Shown here in pieces: positions 57,867 through 64,000 of a DNA stretch of 64,000 nucleotides. This DNA is from Acidimicrobiales bacterium (lineage in GTDB: Bacteria; Actinomycetota; Acidimicrobiia; Acidimicrobiales; CAIXPF01). The notes beneath the pieces are model-generated. The model was not told the DNA's origin. It searched no databases and saw only the letters and a program-made list of their open reading frames with translations. The DNA lies in assembly GCA_038255145.1 (NCBI GenBank), contig JBBSLP010000010.1, positions 35,129-99,128 of the forward strand. Direction: 5' to 3'. Both the position numbers and the translations under genes were made by a program. The stretch's first letter is position 1, and every line of letters starts with the position of its first letter.

Positions 57867-59789
57867 ATGATCAAGCGTCCGCCGGCCGGCACCATCCCCG
57901 ACGCCCCGGGCTCGTACCAGTTCAAGGACGGCGCGGGGCGCATCATCTACGTGGGCAAGGCGCGCTCGTTGAAGCAGCGCCTGTCGAACTACTTCCAGAA
58001 CCCGGCCTTCCTGCACCCGCGCACGGCGCAGATGGTGGCCACGGCGGAGACCGTCGAGTGGATCCAGGTCCGCAACGAGGTCGAAGCGCTCATGCTCGAG
58101 TTCTCTCTCATCAAGGAGCACCGGCCCCGCTTCAACGTCCGCCTCGTCGACGACAAGAGCTACCCCTACCTGGCCGTCACCGTGGCCGACGAGTGGCCCC
58201 GGCCCACGGTCATGCGGGGGGCCAAGCGCAAAGGGGTCAAGTACTTCGGTCCGTATGGACATGCCTATGCCATCAGGGAGACGCTCGACCTGCTGCTGCG
58301 CACGTTCCCCGTGCGGACGTGCAGCGATGCCAAGTTCGGTCGCCACGAGCGCATGGGCCGCCCGTGCCTGCTCTTCCACATCGAGAAGTGCTCGGGACCC
58401 TGCGTCGGCAACATCGACAAGCCGGCCTACGACGACCTCGTCACCGAGCTGCTCGAGTTCCTCGACGGTGACACCGAGCCCATCGTGCGCCGGCTCGAGA
58501 CCGAGATGCGCGCCTCGGCCGACGAGCTCGACTTCGAGCGCGCCGCCCGGTTGCGGGACCGGCTGGCCACGGTGCGCAAGGCCATCGAGAAGCAGCAGAT
58601 CGTGGGGGACCGCAACGAGGACATCGACGTCATCGGCCTGGCCGAGGACGAGCTCGAAGCGGCCATCCAGGTCTTCTACGTGCGCCGGGGTCGCGTCGTG
58701 GGCCGTCGGGGCTTCGTGCTCGACAAGGTCGAGGCCCTGACCCGGCCCGAGCTGGTGGGCAACGTGCTCGAGGGCCTCTACTACGACGAACCCATCCCCG
58801 GGTACCCCAAGACGGTCCTCGTGCCCGACCTGCCCGAGGACCCCGAGCTCTACGAGCGCTGGCTGACCGAGCAGCGAGGCTCCAAGGTCGCTCTGCGGGT
58901 GCCCCAGCGGGGCGACAAGCGCGAGCTGCTGGGCACGGTGACCCGCAACGCCGATGAGGAGTTCGTGCGTCACCGCATGCGCCGGGCCAGTGACCACAAC
59001 GCCCGGTCCCGGGCCCTCAACGAGCTCCAGGACCACCTGGGCCTGCCCGTGTCCCCCCTACGCATCGAGTGCTACGACAACTCCCACCTCAGCGGCACCG
59101 ACTACGTGTCCTCCATGGTGGTCTTCGAGGACGCCCTCCCGGCCAAGAGCCAGTACCGGCGGTTCCGGCTGCGCCACGTCCCCGGCAACGACGACTTCGC
59201 GGCCATGGAGGAGGTGCTGACCCGGCGCCTGCGCAACTACCTGGTCGAGCGGGAGAAGCCCGTGGCCGAGCGGGGCAAGTTCCAGTACCCGCCCCAGCTG
59301 CTCATGGTCGACGGTGGCAAGGGCCAGCTCAGCGTGGCCGTCCGTGTGCTCGCCGAGCTGGGCCTCAACGACGAGATCCCCGTCTGCGCCCTGGCCAAGG
59401 AGTTCGAGGAGATCTACCTCCCCGGCCGGTCCGAACCCATCCGCCTGCCCCGCCAGTCCGAGGCGCTGTACCTGATGCAGCGCCTGCGGGACGAGTCCCA
59501 CCGCTTCGCCATCACCTACCAGCGCCTGCTGCGCAACCAGCGCATGACCACCGGCTTCCTCGACGACATCGCCGGCCTCGGCCCCACCCGGCGCAAGCGG
59601 CTGGCCCGCGAGCTGGGCGGTCCCAAGGCGGCCCAGCGAGCCACCCTCGAGGAGCTGCAGGCCATCTCGTGGCTGCCCGACGCCGTGGCCCGGGCCATCT
59701 ACGACAAGGCCCAGCGCTCGGCCCTGGGCCCGCCCCGCTCCCGCCCCACGACCATGGGCGATGATGACCCGGCGGTCGCGTTCGATTGA
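57867..59789 (+). CDS. uvrC: excinuclease ABC subunit C
   Basis: GIY-YIG N-terminus (GSYQFKDGAGRIIYVGKA), UVR domain (LDFERAARLRD) and a C-terminal HhH. Confidence 0.95.
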   Translation: MIKRPPAGTIPDAPGSYQFKDGAGRIIYVGKARSLKQRLSNYFQNPAFLHPRTAQMVATAETVEWIQVRNEVEALMLEFSLIKEHRPRFNVRLVDDKSYPYLAVTVADEWPRPTVMRGAKRKGVKYFGPYGHAYAIRETLDLLLRTFPVRTCSDAKFGRHERMGRPCLLFHIEKCSGPCVGNIDKPAYDDLVTELLEFLDGDTEPIVRRLETEMRASADELDFERAARLRDRLATVRKAIEKQQIVGDRNEDIDVIGLAEDELEAAIQVFYVRRGRVVGRRGFVLDKVEALTRPELVGNVLEGLYYDEPIPGYPKTVLVPDLPEDPELYERWLTEQRGSKVALRVPQRGDKRELLGTVTRNADEEFVRHRMRRASDHNARSRALNELQDHLGLPVSPLRIECYDNSHLSGTDYVSSMVVFEDALPAKSQYRRFRLRHVPGNDDFAAMEEVLTRRLRNYLVEREKPVAERGKFQYPPQLLMVDGGKGQLSVAVRVLAELGLNDEIPVCALAKEFEEIYLPGRSEPIRLPRQSEALYLMQRLRDESHRFAITYQRLLRNQRMTTGFLDDIAGLGPTRRKRLARELGGPKAAQRATLEELQAISWLPDAVARAIYDKAQRSALGPPRSRPTTMGDDDPAVAFD

Positions 59790-59855
59790 GCCGACGGCCA
59801 GCCCCCGTGTCCGCTCATGCCGACGGGGGTACCACCGACGTGGAGGTGACGACCC

Positions 59856-60188
59856 ATGACCGATGTGTGGGCATACCAGGTGACCGTGACCGAGCCGCCC
59901 GAGCTGGCGGGCTTCGATGTCGTGGCCACCGACGGGGAGATCGGCCGGGTGGACGAGGCGACGAGCGTGGAAGGCGCCGGTTCGCTGGTCGTGGACACGG
60001 GCTGGTGGCTGTTCGGCAAGAAGCGGATGATCCCCGCCGGCACCATCAGCGCCATCGATCCCGAAGGGCGCAAGGTGCACGTGCGGTGCACGAAGGCCCA
60101 GATCAAGGGGGCTCCCGACTTCGACGCCACCCGCCGCAACCACGGCGCGTTCAAGGAGGATCACGAGAGCTACTACTGGGGCTACTAG
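59856..60188 (+). CDS. PRC-barrel domain protein
   Basis: 110 aa. The pattern G..V....G.IG.VD ... D.G ... IP ... I resembles PRC barrels. SD GGAGGTG lies 7 nt upstream of the ATG. Confidence 0.55.
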   Translation: MTDVWAYQVTVTEPPELAGFDVVATDGEIGRVDEATSVEGAGSLVVDTGWWLFGKKRMIPAGTISAIDPEGRKVHVRCTKAQIKGAPDFDATRRNHGAFKEDHESYYWGY

Positions 60189-60244
60189 CGGTCCGTCGCC
60201 GGTAGCCGTGAGCGGCCGGCGCCGCGTCCAGGCCCCTGCGGATC

Positions 60245-60275
60245 GGGCCCGGCACCCCTGGTGGGTGCCGGGCCC
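60245..60275. terminator. bidirectional stem-loop between convergent genes
   Basis: GGGCCCGGCACCC-ctggt-GGGTGCCGGGCCC, a perfect 13-bp stem. Confidence 0.6.
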
Positions 60276-60294
60276 CGCCGCGTGACGGGCCAGA

Positions 60295-60537
60295 TCAGTC
60301 GGCCGGGGGCACCGTGTCCTCGGAGCGGCGGTGCTCGACGTAGGTGCCCGGCGCGGCCTCGAGGTCGGCGGTGCGGGCGTCGGAGTCCTCGAGGATGGCC
60401 CGGGCCTGGGCAAGGGCGTCATCGCTGCCCGCCTCCTTCTCCTCGGACGACAGCTCGGAACGGCGGGCCGCGAGGTCGCCCTCGATGGCGGCGTCGTGGC
60501 TGGCGGCGGGGTCAGCGTCGGGGCGGGTGTCGGCCAT
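60295..60537 (-). CDS. small acidic hypothetical protein
   Basis: 80 aa, Asp/Glu/Ala-rich, high GC3. Start ATG 60537; GTG 60555 is an alternative. I recognise no family. Confidence 0.4.
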   Translation of the reverse strand: MADTRPDADPAASHDAAIEGDLAARRSELSSEEKEAGSDDALAQARAILEDSDARTADLEAAPGTYVEHRRSEDTVPPAD

Positions 60538-60619
60538 GACGTCCACGTACCCCACGAGCTGACCTGCTCACGCCCCCTGCACCCGTCGGCATCCGCGCCC
60601 GCGGCCCCGCCGATCTAGG

Positions 60620-61459
60620 GTGGGGGTGGTGCTGCAGGACGACGTCGCCCCCGCCTTCCTCGGTCTGACCCCCACCCACAACCCCACCCGCTGGGTGCTG
60701 CCCGTCGCCGAGGGTGTCACCGGAGGCCGGGGACAGCTCTTCGGTGGGTGCGCCCTCGGAGCGGCCATCGTGGCCCTCGAGGCCCTGACCGGTCGCCCCC
60801 TGGCCTGGGCCACCTGCCAGTACCTGGCCAACAGCTTCCCCCCCGACGTCGTCGACCTCGACCTCAAGGTGGCGGTGACGGGCCACAACGTCACCCAGGC
60901 CCGGGCCTTCGGCCACGTGGGCGACCGCGAGATCTTCGCCGTGCTCGCCGCGCTGGGCGACCGGCCCTACCCGGACACGGGGCGCTGGGTCGACCCGCCC
61001 GAGGTGGCGGCACCCGAGAGCTGCCCGCCCCGGCCCCTGGCCTCGTTCCGCGACCCCGGCGGCCTGCACGCCCGCATCGATCAGCGCGTGGCCTGGGGCC
61101 GTTGCACCGAGGATGGCGAGTTCGCCCACTCGCCCGACGGTCGGATCGCCCTGTGGATGCGCCTGCCCGACGAGCTGACGGGCACGGCCATGGGCCAGGC
61201 CGTGGTGGGCGACATGCTGCCCACCGCAGTGCGGGCCGCCCTGGGCAAGCGCACGTGGGGCTCCAGCCTGGACAACACGGTGCGCATCCACGACGGGCGG
61301 CCCCGATCGTGGGTGTTGGCCGACATGCGGGTCGAGGTGGTGGCCCACGGCATGTCCGTCGGCACCTGCTACCTGTGGTCCCAGGAGGGTGACCTGCTGG
61401 GCCAGGCCAGCCAGACCACCACGGTCAAGGACGACGCCACCCCCGGGCCGCCCCGATGA
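60620..61459 (+). CDS. acyl-CoA thioesterase II-like (double hotdog, TesB family)
   Basis: 279 aa. GGRGQLFGGCALGAAIVA ... and a second-half pattern ending GTCYLWSQEGDLLGQASQ are typical of TesB-like proteins. Confidence 0.7.
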   Translation: MGVVLQDDVAPAFLGLTPTHNPTRWVLPVAEGVTGGRGQLFGGCALGAAIVALEALTGRPLAWATCQYLANSFPPDVVDLDLKVAVTGHNVTQARAFGHVGDREIFAVLAALGDRPYPDTGRWVDPPEVAAPESCPPRPLASFRDPGGLHARIDQRVAWGRCTEDGEFAHSPDGRIALWMRLPDELTGTAMGQAVVGDMLPTAVRAALGKRTWGSSLDNTVRIHDGRPRSWVLADMRVEVVAHGMSVGTCYLWSQEGDLLGQASQTTTVKDDATPGPPR

Positions 61460-62249
61460 GCGATCTGTGGGAGGTCAACGCAGCCTGGTGGCAGGACGGC
61501 TTCACCGAGGGCGCCGACCCCGAGTACGAGGAGCAGATCCTGCCCCTGGTGGCGGCGTGGTTGGCCGCCGAGGGGCCCTCGGGTCCGGCCCGCCGGGTCC
61601 TCGACGTGGGCTGCGGTGAGGGCCAGCTCGCCCGCCTGGCCATGGCTGTGGGCGCCGAGGTCGTGGTGGGCGTGGACCCCACGGCCGCCCAGGTGTCGGT
61701 GGCCGTGCAGCGAGCCGGGGGCCCGGCCTACCTGCGCTCGGGCGCAGCCGCCCTGCCCTTCGCCGACGGCGCCTTCGACGCCGTGCTCGCCTGCCTCGTC
61801 TTCGAGCACATCGAAGAGGTCGACGAGGCCATCTCGGAGGTGGCCCGGGTGCTCGAACCCGGCGGCCGCTTCCTGTTCCTGCTCAACCACCCCCTGCTGC
61901 AGACGCCGGGCTCGGGGTGGATCGACGATCACGTGCTCCACCCCCCTGAGCAGTACTGGCGCATCGGCCCCTACCTGGTCGAGGAGCTGTCCCTCGAAGA
62001 GGTGGAGAAGGACGTCTTCATCCCCTTCATCCACCGGCCCCTGTCCCGCTACATCAACGCCCTGGCCGACTCGGGGCTGGTGCTGCGGCGCATGTTGGAG
62101 CCGGCTCCACCCGAGGGTTTCCTGGCCCAGGCGGCCGAGTACGGCCAGGCCGCCACCATCCCCCGGCTCCTCGGCCTGATGACCTACAAGGCCGCCGATG
62201 GCTCGGCGATCGGCGGGACTGCCGGCGGGGACGCCGGGGAGCCGTCGTC

Positions 62250-62253
<4 letters not shown>
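61456..62253 (+). CDS. class I SAM-dependent methyltransferase
   Basis: ATGA overlap with the upstream gene. Motifs VLDVGCGEGQL, FDAVLACLVFEHI and LEPGGRFLF. Confidence 0.75.

Positions 62254-64000
<1,747 letters not shown>

Overview
This is a very GC-rich segment (G/C at almost every third codon position) that reads as actinobacterial core chromosome, not an accessory island. I found no transposase, integrase, CRISPR array, toxin-antitoxin pair or recognisable defence genes.

Gene content, in order:
- Menaquinone genes: menD (3' end), menF, ubiE/menG.
- rlmN, mshD, nth.
- A his operon, hisD-C-B-H-A ... hisF.
- A scattered trp regulon: fused trpE(G), trpC, a TrpB2 paralog, trpF, trpB, trpA.
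- glbO, bcp, fabZ.
- A convergent fabD-fabH-fabG-acpP-fabF operon.
- tRNA-Leu(CAA), bfd-bfr, pdtaR, polA, rpsA, coaE, uvrB, uvrA, an L,D-transpeptidase, uvrC, rapZ and the 5' end of gap.

The backbone order (hisDCBHA-hisF, trpE, trpC-B-A, pdtaR, polA-rpsA-coaE-uvrB-uvrA) matches the arrangement I know from Mycobacterium tuberculosis. mshD and glbO also fit Actinobacteria.

Many long ORFs in the supplied track are antisense or read-through artefacts of high GC, so I trimmed or rejected them.

I do not see a convincing novel multi-gene system. The parts most worth a second look are:
1. A Trp-codon leader peptide (WWW) with hairpins upstream of trpE(G).
2. A form-II CoxL-like molybdenum hydroxylase large subunit wedged between trpB and trpA and translationally coupled to trpA.
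3. Two families of non-coding repeats in oversized spacers. One is a set of CGAWTCG-rich elements at three loci. The other is a 62-nt double-hairpin element present twice with a compensatory base-pair change.
4. A P-loop-degenerate YhaN-like membrane protein splitting hisA from hisF.
5. FabD carrying a lysine-less biotinyl-like C-terminal domain.
6. A RecA-independent (PafBC-type) damage-promoter-like motif in front of an apparently leaderless uvrB.

All coordinates and motifs were read by eye from the sequence. No database search or folding computation was possible.
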